DNA of 64,000 nt from Anaerolineaceae bacterium (GTDB lineage: Bacteria; Chloroflexota; Anaerolineae; Anaerolineales; Anaerolineaceae): assembly GCA_050946715.1 (NCBI GenBank), contig JBMNVH010000003.1, positions 53,924 through 117,923 of the forward strand. Reading direction: 5' to 3'. A program made the translations under genes and the position numbers. Below, piece after piece: positions 19,079 through 27,547 of the stretch. Under the pieces are notes generated by a model that saw nothing but the letters and a program-made list of their open reading frames with translations, was not told the origin of the DNA and did not search any database. How positions within the stretch are numbered: the first letter of the stretch is position 1; every line of letters starts with the position of its first letter.

Positions 19079-20404
19079 ATGTTTGAGAGTTTATCCGATA
19101 AATTAACTGCTGTATTTGACAACCTGAAAAGGCGGGGAAAGCTAAGCGAGAGTGATGTCGATGCTGCCATGCGTGAGGTCAAGCTGGCTTTGCTGGAGGC
19201 AGATGTTAACTACGCCGTGGTGCGTTCGTTCACCAATCGTGTCAAAGAACGCGCGATCGGCGCGGAAGTTTCCAAAGCGCTCAATCCTGCCCAACAGGTC
19301 ATCAAGATCGTCAATGAAGAGCTGATCTCCACCCTGGGGCAACCGGTACCTTTGAATCTGAAAGGCGAAAAGCCCCATGTGCTGATGATGGTGGGTTTAC
19401 AGGGCTCCGGTAAGACGACCGCGGCAGCTAAAATTGCTAAAAAATTACGGGCGGGTGGTGAACGAGTCATGCTGGTCGCGGCGGATATTTACCGTCCGGC
19501 TGCCATCAAGCAACTGCAAACCCTGGGTGAGCGGATCGATGTGCCGGTCTTTACCCTCCCTGGCGCGAAACCGGTTCAGATTGCTAAAGAAGCCTTGCAG
19601 GCTGCCAAAAAAGGTGGCTACAGCGTTCTGATCATTGATACCGCGGGTCGCTCACAAATGGATGATGAGATGATGAGCGAGCTGATCGCGATCCATAAGG
19701 TCGTACCTGCCAAGGAGATCCTGCTGGTTGTCGACTCCATGATCGGTCAGGAAGCGTTGAACGTCGCCAAAGGTTTCCACAGCGAAATTCCCGTTACAGG
19801 ATTGGTCTTTACCAAGATCGACGGTGACGCCCGTGGCGGCGCCGCTATTTCGATCCGCGAGGTGACCGGTATCCCGATCAAATATCTGGGAACTGGGGAA
19901 GGTTTGGATGCCCTGGAGGTTTTTGACCCAACCCGTATTTCTGGTCGTATTCTTGGAATGGGCGATATCTTAGGTCTGATCGAAAAAGCCGAAGCCGCCT
20001 ATTCAGAGGGAATCGACGCGAAAGAAGCGGAACGCATGCTGACCGGGCAATTTACTCTGGAAGACTTTGCCAAGCAATTGCGCCAGATGAAAAAGATGGG
20101 ACCGATCTCGCAGCTTTTTGGCATGCTGCCGGGACAACTTGGAGTTGTTGCCAAGAATGTTGATCCCCGCGAGGCGGAAGGACAGTTGAAAACGGTTGAA
20201 GCCATCATCAATTCAATGACCCCAGCCGAACGGCGGGATCCCAAAGTGCTCAATGCCAGCCGCCGCCGCAGGATCGCTGCTGGATGCGGCAAAGACGTGC
20301 AGGATGTCAACCGATTGATGAAGCAATTCAGGGATATCCAACGTCTAATGAAGACTTTCCAAAAATCGGGAGGTCGTGGTAATATTAATAGGTTATTTGG
20401 ATAA
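19079..20404 (+). CDS. ffh: Signal recognition particle protein Ffh
   Basis: The 441-aa ORF has GLQGSGKTTAAAK, DTAGR and TKIDGDARGGAA, plus a Met-rich M domain. Confidence 0.95.
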   Translation: MFESLSDKLTAVFDNLKRRGKLSESDVDAAMREVKLALLEADVNYAVVRSFTNRVKERAIGAEVSKALNPAQQVIKIVNEELISTLGQPVPLNLKGEKPHVLMMVGLQGSGKTTAAAKIAKKLRAGGERVMLVAADIYRPAAIKQLQTLGERIDVPVFTLPGAKPVQIAKEALQAAKKGGYSVLIIDTAGRSQMDDEMMSELIAIHKVVPAKEILLVVDSMIGQEALNVAKGFHSEIPVTGLVFTKIDGDARGGAAISIREVTGIPIKYLGTGEGLDALEVFDPTRISGRILGMGDILGLIEKAEAAYSEGIDAKEAERMLTGQFTLEDFAKQLRQMKKMGPISQLFGMLPGQLGVVAKNVDPREAEGQLKTVEAIINSMTPAERRDPKVLNASRRRRIAAGCGKDVQDVNRLMKQFRDIQRLMKTFQKSGGRGNINRLFG

Positions 20405-20506
20405 TTACGGATTTGGATAAGGATATGCTCCTTCAGCATCTCTCAACCTTAGACATTGGCCGGATTAACAATTTTTATAAAAGAACATAAGGAGCAAAAA
20501 AGAAAG

Positions 20507-20845
20507 ATGGTAAGAATTCGCTTACGTCGGGTTGGATCAACCCATCAACCTCATTATCGTGTCGTGGTTGCTGATCAGGAAAGCCCACGCGATGGTCGCT
20601 TTATTGAAATTGTCGGTTCCTACAATCCCCGAACCGAACCCGGAACGATCGAAATGAATGAGGATCGCATTTATCATTGGTTGAGCGTTGGCGCGCAGCC
20701 CTCTGATTCTGTCAAGAAGATTTTCAAGAAAGTCAAATTGGACGAACGATTCAAGCGATTTAAGGCAGGAGAAGACAAAGAAGCTTTACTAGAGGAAGCT
20801 GAAAAGTTGTATCAGTCTCGCGCTGAGAAAATTGCCGCCAAATAA
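20507..20845 (+). CDS. rpsP: 30S ribosomal protein S16 (with a C-terminal extension)
   Basis: The product begins MVRIRLRRVGSTHQPHYRVVVADQESPRDGRFIEIVGSYNP. I placed the start at ATG 20507, with AAGGAG upstream. Confidence 0.92.
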   Translation: MVRIRLRRVGSTHQPHYRVVVADQESPRDGRFIEIVGSYNPRTEPGTIEMNEDRIYHWLSVGAQPSDSVKKIFKKVKLDERFKRFKAGEDKEALLEEAEKLYQSRAEKIAAK

Positions 20846-20856
20846 ACTGGATCGAA

Positions 20857-21111
20857 ATGATGGCACAGAACGACCTCCACGCGCTTTTGGAATATTTGGC
20901 GAAATCGATCGTCAATAATCCTGATGACGTCTATGTTGAGGAATATGTCAATGGCAAAGTTGTCCATTTAGACCTACAGGTTCACCCCGAAGATATCGGA
21001 CGTGTGATCGGCAAACACGGTCGTGTCGCCAACTCAATGCGCGCGATCCTGAGAGTCGTGGCTGCCCGAAATGGCAAACAGGTCGAAATGGATGTGGTTG
21101 ACTTTGCCTGA
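20857..21111 (+). CDS. KH-domain RNA-binding protein (YlqC/UPF0109 family)
   Basis: The product contains GRVIGKHGRVANSMRAIL (a KH GxxG loop) and sits in the conserved position between rpsP and rimM. Confidence 0.85.
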   Translation: MMAQNDLHALLEYLAKSIVNNPDDVYVEEYVNGKVVHLDLQVHPEDIGRVIGKHGRVANSMRAILRVVAARNGKQVEMDVVDFA

Positions 21112-21118
21112 TCCAGAA

Positions 21119-21664
21119 ATGGCTGATCAGAATTTAAACAAAGCAGGCTCGTTGGCTAAAAATGAGCCTGCTTATCTATTAATTGGACGTCTGCAACGAT
21201 CTCACGGCATCAAAGGTGAGTTGGCGATGCGGGTGGATACGGACTTCCCGGAAAGAATACGACTTGGTAAAAGCGTCTATCTTGGCGATGACAAGCAGGA
21301 AAAGACCGTCGCTTCTGTGCGCTGGAAAGGCAATCTGATGCTTATCCGTTTCAGAGGGATCGATAATCCTGAAGACGCTTCTGAATTGACCAATTTGGAA
21401 GTTTTCAAAAGCACCCGAAATTTGCCTAAGCTGCCTGAAGGAAAGTATTACCATCATGAGTTGCTTGGACTGCAGGTTTGGGAAGGTGACGAGCATCTTG
21501 GCGAATTGATCGAGATCATGGAAACTGGCGCCAATGATGTTTATGTGATCCAAAAAGACGATGCCAAAGAGCTGTTAATTCCCGCAATACCAGACGTGGT
21601 GCTTGAGGTTGACCTTGAAAATTGCCGGATGAATGTGAGCTTGCTCGAAGGACTGCGTGATTGA
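21119..21664 (+). CDS. rimM: 16S rRNA processing protein RimM
   Basis: The product contains LLIGRLQRSHGIKGEL plus a PRC-barrel C-terminus. The start is ambiguous between 21071 and 21119. Confidence 0.85.
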   Translation: MADQNLNKAGSLAKNEPAYLLIGRLQRSHGIKGELAMRVDTDFPERIRLGKSVYLGDDKQEKTVASVRWKGNLMLIRFRGIDNPEDASELTNLEVFKSTRNLPKLPEGKYYHHELLGLQVWEGDEHLGELIEIMETGANDVYVIQKDDAKELLIPAIPDVVLEVDLENCRMNVSLLEGLRD

Positions 21665-22758
21665 GACGCGAGCAGGTTTTTTGGCTGGCTTTTAGTACCG
21701 TACGCGGGATCGGCGCGGTACGCTTTCGTAAACTACTCGATTTCTTTGGTGATCTCGCCCTGGCATGGAGTGCCACAAAAGAGGATCTGGTCTCGGCAGG
21801 ATTGACCAAAAATGTCGCAGACTCTGTCCTTGAAGCTCGTAAAACGCTTGATCTGGATTCACTTATTGAAAACTTACAAAGAAAGGACATCAGTTTTCTG
21901 ACCTGGAATTCCCCGGATTATCCCCCGTTGCTAAAAGAGATCGCGCAGCCGCCACCGGTGCTTTACTACCGTGGCTCGATCTTGCCGATGGACGAACTGG
22001 CGATCGCGATCGTCGGAACGCGCAATGTCACAAAGTATGGGAAACAGATCACGGTCGATACCGCCACCTACCTGGCAGGAAGCGGCGTTACAGTTGTCAG
22101 CGGGCTGGCACGCGGTGTTGATGGTATTGCCCATCGCGCCGCGCTCGAGGCTGGCGGGCGCACAATCGCTGTGCTTGGCTCTGGCGTTGACGTTATTTAT
22201 CCCCCCGAACATCGCAAACTGGCTTTGGATATCATCGAAAATGGCGCGATCGTGAGCGATTATCCACCTGGCACAAAGCCTGAGGGCATCAACTTCCCGC
22301 CCAGGAATCGCATCATTTCCGGGCTGTCACGAGGAACTGTTGTCGTTGAAGCCGGTGAACGTAGCGGGGCTTTGATCACGGCGAAATTTGCTTTGGATCA
22401 GGGCAGGGATATTTATGCGGTACCAGGTTCCGTGCTTTCTCAGATGAGCAAGGGGACAAATCAATTGATCGCGGACGGCGCTCAGCCAATGACGAATCCT
22501 GCTCAGATCACGGATGCGTTGAATTTACAACGCCAGGTAAAGAGAGAGGTAAAAGAATCCCTTAGCCTAACCAGGGATGAGGAGATGATCTTACGATTAT
22601 TGGGAAATGAAAGCCTGCATATCGATGAGATCTGCAATCGGACATCGATGGGGATCGAAAAATTGACCGCAGATCTTACGATGATGGAACTGAAGGGGAT
22701 CATTGAACGGGATAATGGGATGGAGTATCGCCGCGTTCAGCGCTGGGATTTTAAATAG
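21661..22758 (+). CDS. dprA: DNA-processing protein DprA (Smf)
   Basis: The 365-aa ORF has the N-terminal SAM-like block (LAFSTVRGIGAVRFRKLL), the Rossmann block GTRNVTKYG...SGLARGVDG and a C-terminal wHTH. Its TTG start overlaps the rimM stop (TTGA). Confidence 0.9.
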   Translation: MRREQVFWLAFSTVRGIGAVRFRKLLDFFGDLALAWSATKEDLVSAGLTKNVADSVLEARKTLDLDSLIENLQRKDISFLTWNSPDYPPLLKEIAQPPPVLYYRGSILPMDELAIAIVGTRNVTKYGKQITVDTATYLAGSGVTVVSGLARGVDGIAHRAALEAGGRTIAVLGSGVDVIYPPEHRKLALDIIENGAIVSDYPPGTKPEGINFPPRNRIISGLSRGTVVVEAGERSGALITAKFALDQGRDIYAVPGSVLSQMSKGTNQLIADGAQPMTNPAQITDALNLQRQVKREVKESLSLTRDEEMILRLLGNESLHIDEICNRTSMGIEKLTADLTMMELKGIIERDNGMEYRRVQRWDFK

Positions 22759-22780
22759 AAATAATCTTTTTATTCGTGTA

Positions 22781-23179
22781 GTCTAAGCTTCAGGGCAAAC
22801 GCATCTAGATATAGATGATTTTTGTTTGAATCAAGCGTAAATACGAACGTTAATCAATCTTTTTAGACAAGAATAGAAAAATTAAATCTAAAAATGAAAA
22901 ATTTACTTAGCTGACATTCACATCATGCCCTTTGGATATTGCGAGCCACTTCAGGGGCGTGGCAATCTGCAGTTAATCAGTTTTCCATTCCTTGTTTGCG
23001 CAGCAAAAGCTTTAAGGCAGATCGCTATGTCGCCCTAAAGGGCTCCTCGCGATGACAGACATGAGTCAGCACCACATCTATACCCAATTTACTGCAGTTA
23101 AATAGGATATTTCATACCTAAAGTACTTATTTAAAGCTAAATTTAAGTGATAAAGATTCAATTGCCTTGGTCTAAGCTT
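22781..23179. mobile_element. Candidate non-autonomous (MITE-like) insertion: 379-bp AT-rich body flanked by a perfect 10-bp direct repeat
   Basis: GTCTAAGCTT occurs at 22781..22790 and again at 23170..23179. The body ends are an imperfect inverted pair, CAGGGCAAACG (22791..22801) and CAATTGCCTTG (23159..23169), matching at 8 of 11 positions. There is no ORF inside. Confidence 0.4.
22938..23053. repeat. REP-like imperfect inverted repeat inside the MITE-like body
   Basis: Arm 1 (22938..22968) is ATTGCGAGCCACTTCAGGGGCGTGGCAATCT. Arm 2 (23019..23053) is AGATCGCTATGTCGCCCTAAAGGGCTCCTCGCGAT and is about 70 % complementary to arm 1. The 10-mer CTGCAGTTAA also occurs twice, at 22967 and 23092. Confidence 0.55.
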
Positions 23180-23186
23180 AAATCTC

Positions 23187-23216
23187 TTGACAAAAATACG
23201 AATATGGTATGATATT
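23187..23216 (+). promoter_or_regulatory. Sigma-70-type promoter for topA
   Basis: TTGACA (23187..23192) is followed 15-18 nt later by TGgTATGATATT, an extended -10-like element. Confidence 0.5.
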
Positions 23217-23262
23217 GCCCGGTTGGGTGGAATTGCCCGAAATTATTGGAGTATTTATTTTT

Positions 23263-25665
23263 ATGGAAGCATATTGTCTTAAATGTAAAGAAAAACGTGA
23301 AGTAGCTAATCCAGTGGCTGGATTTAATGCACGCGGTGGTCCAGTTACCACCGGAACCTGCTCGGTTTGCGGAACGAAGGTTTATCGCATGGGCAACACA
23401 CCTGCGCATGAAGGCCTGGAAAAGCCGGTTGTGGAGATATCTAAAAAGAGCAAAACAAAGAAAGCTGCTTCCAAAAAAGAAACATCAAAAGAGAAAGCAG
23501 ACGCCAAAAAAGAAACATCTAAAAAGAAGGCCGCCACAAAAAAAGGCACAAAAAAGATCAAGGCGAGTGGAAAGCCTTTGGTCATCGTTGAATCACCAGC
23601 CAAAGCTCGTACAATTGGACGATTTCTGGGAAAGGACTATGAAGTGATCGCATCGGTCGGTCATGTGCGTGATCTGTTGAAGTCGCAACTGAGCGTTGAT
23701 GTTGACAATGATTTTGAACCGAAATACCGCGTTCCTAACGAAAAACGACCAATTGTCAAACAGATCAAAGAACTGGCAGACAAAAGCAAAAAAGTTACCC
23801 TGGCAACTGACCCTGACCGTGAAGGGGAGGCGATCGCCTGGCATCTGATGGAATCGGCTGAGATCGACCCGGAAAAAGTTGAACGCGTTGTATTTCACGA
23901 AATTACGCGCGACGCGGTCGCTGAGGCATTTTCGAAACCCCGTCAGTTGGACCTCGATCTGGTCGATGCCCAACAAGCCCGCCGCATCCTTGATCGGCTG
24001 GTCGGTTACAGCGTTTCCCCGATCTTGTGGGCAAAGGTCAAAGGTCATTTGTCCGCGGGGCGGGTGCAATCGGTAGCCTTACGGCTTGTTGTTGAACGGG
24101 AACGTGAGATTGATGCTTTTGTTCCTCAGGAATACTGGTCCATCCATGCCTTATTCAATCCGGATGGCTCAGATAAGGAATACCTGGCAAAACTTGTGAA
24201 GATCGATGATAAAAATCTCGAAATGTGCCTTGAAAATGAAGATAAGACGATGGACCTCGTCGCTCGCATGGAAAAGGCAAACTACGAGATCAGCGATATC
24301 AATATCAGCAACAAGTCGATCCGGCCAGGCGCTCCTTTTATTACCAGTACCTTGCAGCAGGAAGCCTCACGGCGGCTCGGGTTTTTGACCCAGCGAACGA
24401 TGGCCCTGGCGCAGCAGCTTTATGAGGGGCTGGACCTTGGCAACGGCGAAGAAACCGGTCTGATCACCTACATGCGAACAGATTCGGTAAACGTTTCTGC
24501 TGAATCGGTAAAAGAAGCCCGCGAGTATATCAGCAAACGCTACGGGCAAAGCTTTTTGCCCGAAAAACAACCAAAATATCGCAGCAGGAATGCCTCTGCC
24601 CAGGAAGCGCATGAAGCCATCCGCCCGACCTCGGTAAACCGTGACCCTGAAAGCCTAAAAAAGCATCTGACCCGCGACCAACTGGCGCTTTATCGTCTGA
24701 TCTGGCAGCGTTTTGTGGCAAGTCAAATGAAACCGGCTGTTCTGGAGATCACAACTGTTGAAGTCGATGGAAAAGGTGAGCAGGAAAAATATTTGTTGCG
24801 CGCCAGTGGGAACCGTGAAGTCTTCCCTGGGTTTAGAGCGGTCTATCGCTATGCTAAAGCCGATGATGAAAATGATGAGGAAGAAATCGTTGATCTGCCA
24901 CTGGAAGTTCTTAGTGTTGGACAAAAACAGAACTTAAGGAGATTGGATCCGGCACAACATTTTACTCAACCGCCACCGAGATACTCCGAAGCAACATTGA
25001 TCCAGGCTTTGGAAGAAAACAATATTGGTCGTCCATCGACTTACTCACCAATTATTTCGACGATCCAGAGTCGAGGTTATGTAAGCCGTGAAAACCGAAG
25101 GCTCTATCCAACGGAGATTGGATTCCTGGTAAACGATCTTGTTGTCGAATATTTCCCGCGAATCGTTGATCTGGGCTTTACTTCTGAAATGGAGGATGAG
25201 CTTGATCAGATTGCTGATGGAAAAAAAGCATGGGTGGAGGTAATCCGAAACTTTTATATCCCCTTCTCAGCGGAACTGGAAAACGCGCGTAATCACATGC
25301 CGGTCACCAAGATCGAACCTGAAAAGATCGGTCGATCCTGCCCGGAAGATAGTGGTGAGCTTGTGATTCGCACGGGAAAATTCGGTAAGTTTATTAGCTG
25401 CAATAATTTCCCTAAATGTCGTTATACCGAACCCTGGCTGGAAAAGATCGGTGTAGCCTGCCCCCAATGCGGTCAAGGTGATGTGGTTGAAAAACAAACC
25501 AAACGTGGCCGTAAGTTTTATGGTTGTTCACGTTATCCGGAATGTGATTTTTCTTCCTGGGACAAACCGATCGGAAAGAATTGCCCAAGTTGCGATGGGA
25601 TCCTTGTAGAAAAACGGAATCGTAGTGTTGTTTGTCTTGATTGCCAGAAACGCGTTGAAGAATAA
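23263..25665 (+). CDS. topA: DNA topoisomerase I with an extra N-terminal zinc ribbon and Lys-rich linker
   Basis: The Toprim domain starts at KPLVIVESPAKARTIGRFLG. The product contains the active-site Tyr region, and has C-terminal CxxC zinc ribbons (CPEDSG...C, CPQCG...C, CPSCDG...C). I placed the start at ATG 23263, because the ORF-track start at 23209 lies inside the predicted -10 element. Confidence 0.92.
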   Translation: MEAYCLKCKEKREVANPVAGFNARGGPVTTGTCSVCGTKVYRMGNTPAHEGLEKPVVEISKKSKTKKAASKKETSKEKADAKKETSKKKAATKKGTKKIKASGKPLVIVESPAKARTIGRFLGKDYEVIASVGHVRDLLKSQLSVDVDNDFEPKYRVPNEKRPIVKQIKELADKSKKVTLATDPDREGEAIAWHLMESAEIDPEKVERVVFHEITRDAVAEAFSKPRQLDLDLVDAQQARRILDRLVGYSVSPILWAKVKGHLSAGRVQSVALRLVVEREREIDAFVPQEYWSIHALFNPDGSDKEYLAKLVKIDDKNLEMCLENEDKTMDLVARMEKANYEISDINISNKSIRPGAPFITSTLQQEASRRLGFLTQRTMALAQQLYEGLDLGNGEETGLITYMRTDSVNVSAESVKEAREYISKRYGQSFLPEKQPKYRSRNASAQEAHEAIRPTSVNRDPESLKKHLTRDQLALYRLIWQRFVASQMKPAVLEITTVEVDGKGEQEKYLLRASGNREVFPGFRAVYRYAKADDENDEEEIVDLPLEVLSVGQKQNLRRLDPAQHFTQPPPRYSEATLIQALEENNIGRPSTYSPIISTIQSRGYVSRENRRLYPTEIGFLVNDLVVEYFPRIVDLGFTSEMEDELDQIADGKKAWVEVIRNFYIPFSAELENARNHMPVTKIEPEKIGRSCPEDSGELVIRTGKFGKFISCNNFPKCRYTEPWLEKIGVACPQCGQGDVVEKQTKRGRKFYGCSRYPECDFSSWDKPIGKNCPSCDGILVEKRNRSVVCLDCQKRVEE

Positions 25666-25740
25666 TTGCCGGTAATACAGACGCTGGTATAAAACGTGCA
25701 CCAATAAGAACATCAAGTTATTAGTTGAGAGGTGCAGGCA

Positions 25741-26919
25741 ATGGACAACTTTAAAGCCTTTTTGCAATACAGATTACGTGAACCTCGGGATCTCGCGATT
25801 GCTGCCGGGGTCCTTGGATTATTGATCGGTCTTTTTTTTGCTTATGTTCTTTTCCCAATTCAATGGACAGACGCGGCAGCTGAACATCTCCGTCCGGATC
25901 TACGTATAGAATATCTTCGAAATGCCATCACAACTTACACGCTTACAGGTGATAAGGTCAGAGCTCAAATGGCTTTTGCTGAACTTGGCAAAAAAGGTGA
26001 ATCTACGCTTATGGAACTGGTGGAAAATCCAGGCTTTCTGAACAATGAGCAGATCCAGCGCTTCACGACCGCGATCAATACAACCTTGCCAGATCCTTCG
26101 ACGGGAGAAGGGGCAGTGCCTGTTGATACCGGTGGGGATGACCAGGTGTTGGTTAGCCCAGAGGTTCCGGATAAAAAACCAAATTCTTTGCTTTGGTTAG
26201 GGATTGGGCTATTGGTTGTTTTGGTCGGTGGAGCCTTTGCGGCTTACTGGTTCTACTTCCGTGAAAGGGGTTTCAACTTTGGGAACCTTAATTTTCTGAA
26301 TAAGAAACAGGCTGAGGAAATTACTTCGGAAACTTATGTTGCCCCTGCTGCCAGAAGACAGGCAGCTCCTGTGGCAGCTCCACGTCCGATGGCTGCCCGC
26401 GTTCAGTCCGAACCAAGACCAGTGGCACAACGTACTTCAATTTTTGCTAACGGGAGTCGCAATGTTGAAACCAATGTCAATCGGAACGGTGAAAAACCAA
26501 TTGCGCAGTTTATGACAAGTTATATGTTCGGTGACGATCGTTATGACGAGTCTTTTACCTTTGATGCTCCGAATGGCGCGTTCCTGGGAGAATGTGGTGT
26601 CAGTATTTCAGATCTGATCGGAGTTGGAGATCCTAAGAAAATTTCCGCTTTCGATATCTGGCTATTTGATAAAAACGATATTCAAACGGTTACAAAGGTT
26701 TTGATGAGCAAGCATGCTTACACAACTCCTGAAATTTATTCCAGACTTGAGATCCGGGGTGAACCTATTTTAGCCGAACCCGGTATCAATTTTATGCTCG
26801 AAACCGCAACACTGCGGATGGAAGGAAGAATCGTTGATGTTTCTTATGGCGATTTACCCTTACCAGAAGATAGTTATTTCCAAAGAAACACGATCGAGCT
26901 GGCAATCTATCAAAAATAA
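25741..26919 (+). CDS. Hypothetical membrane protein (two TM helices, Pro/Ala-rich linker, C-terminal ~150-aa globular domain)
   Basis: The ORF has TM segments LAIAAGVLGLLIGLFFAYVLF and LLWLGIGLLVVLVGGAFAAYWFYF, and a linker APAARRQAAPVAAPRPMAARVQSEPRP. I recognise no known motif. ATG 25741 is preferred over GTG 25732. Confidence 0.6.
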   Translation: MDNFKAFLQYRLREPRDLAIAAGVLGLLIGLFFAYVLFPIQWTDAAAEHLRPDLRIEYLRNAITTYTLTGDKVRAQMAFAELGKKGESTLMELVENPGFLNNEQIQRFTTAINTTLPDPSTGEGAVPVDTGGDDQVLVSPEVPDKKPNSLLWLGIGLLVVLVGGAFAAYWFYFRERGFNFGNLNFLNKKQAEEITSETYVAPAARRQAAPVAAPRPMAARVQSEPRPVAQRTSIFANGSRNVETNVNRNGEKPIAQFMTSYMFGDDRYDESFTFDAPNGAFLGECGVSISDLIGVGDPKKISAFDIWLFDKNDIQTVTKVLMSKHAYTTPEIYSRLEIRGEPILAEPGINFMLETATLRMEGRIVDVSYGDLPLPEDSYFQRNTIELAIYQK

Positions 26920-26950
26920 GGTCTGGCTTGGTTAATTAAGATTTAGATAT

Positions 26951-26977
26951 AAAAAAGGAGGAATATTCCTCCTTTTT
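26951..26977. terminator. Bidirectional intrinsic terminator
   Basis: AAAAAAGGAGGAATATTCCTCCTTTTT is a perfect palindromic hairpin between convergent genes. Confidence 0.8.
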
Positions 26978-27066
26978 GTTTAAATGCCTGTTCTTCGTTT
27001 AGCCCAAGGACAAATCAATAGCTATGGTCAATCGCTTCGTCCTGGAGTTCCGGTGAAATTTGAAAA

Positions 27067-27537
27067 CTACTCGATCTTCAAAACCTTATAGACAATTATC
27101 ACTCCGTTTGGAAGGGTTACATTGACTTTTTGTCCGGCTTTTCTGTTGATCAAGGCGGCGCCAATAGGGGACTCGTAAGAGATCTTCCCTTCCAGAGGAT
27201 CAGCTTCGTTGGCGCCAACGATGGTCCAGCGTTCTTCCTCTTCCCCCTCTTCCTGAATGGTTACCAGGTTACCGATTTGAACGGTCTTGTTATCCAATTC
27301 CGTATCGTCGGTAATTTCAGCCCGTGAGAGCATGGTTTCAATCTCAAGGATCCTGCCTTCGAGAAAACCCTGATCTTCTTTGGCGGCATGATAATCGGCG
27401 TTTTCAGAGAGGTCGCCCATCTCGATCGCGCTTTTAAGGCGACGGGAAATTTCATCCCGTTTGGGGCCCTTCAACTCAGCGAGTTCAGCTTCGAGCTTGG
27501 TTTTTCCGGCAGGGGTAAGGATGATTGGATTGTTCAT
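27067..27537 (-). CDS. greA: Transcription elongation factor GreA
   Basis: The 156-aa ORF contains LTPAGKTKLEAEL...GDLSENADYHAAKEDQ and a C-terminal SPIGAALI block. Confidence 0.93.
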   Translation of the reverse strand: MNNPIILTPAGKTKLEAELAELKGPKRDEISRRLKSAIEMGDLSENADYHAAKEDQGFLEGRILEIETMLSRAEITDDTELDNKTVQIGNLVTIQEEGEEEERWTIVGANEADPLEGKISYESPIGAALINRKAGQKVNVTLPNGVIIVYKVLKIE

Positions 27538-27547
27538 TTTTAACTTC

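Noticed and set aside
22105-22125. Sigma-54 promoter candidates (TGGCAC strings, e.g. TGGCACGCGGTGTTGA here and TGGCACTTGATCAA near 47645)
   Set aside because: All TGGCAC occurrences I found are inside coding regions and lack a TTGC(A/T) element at the required 5-nt spacing.
23209-23262. ORF-track start of topA at 23209, and the Lys/Arg-rich alternative-frame ORF 23327..23647
   Set aside because: The ATG at 23209 falls inside the predicted -10 element and adds hydrophobic residues that look non-native. The alternative-frame ORF is a by-product of the AAA/AAG-rich linker DNA.
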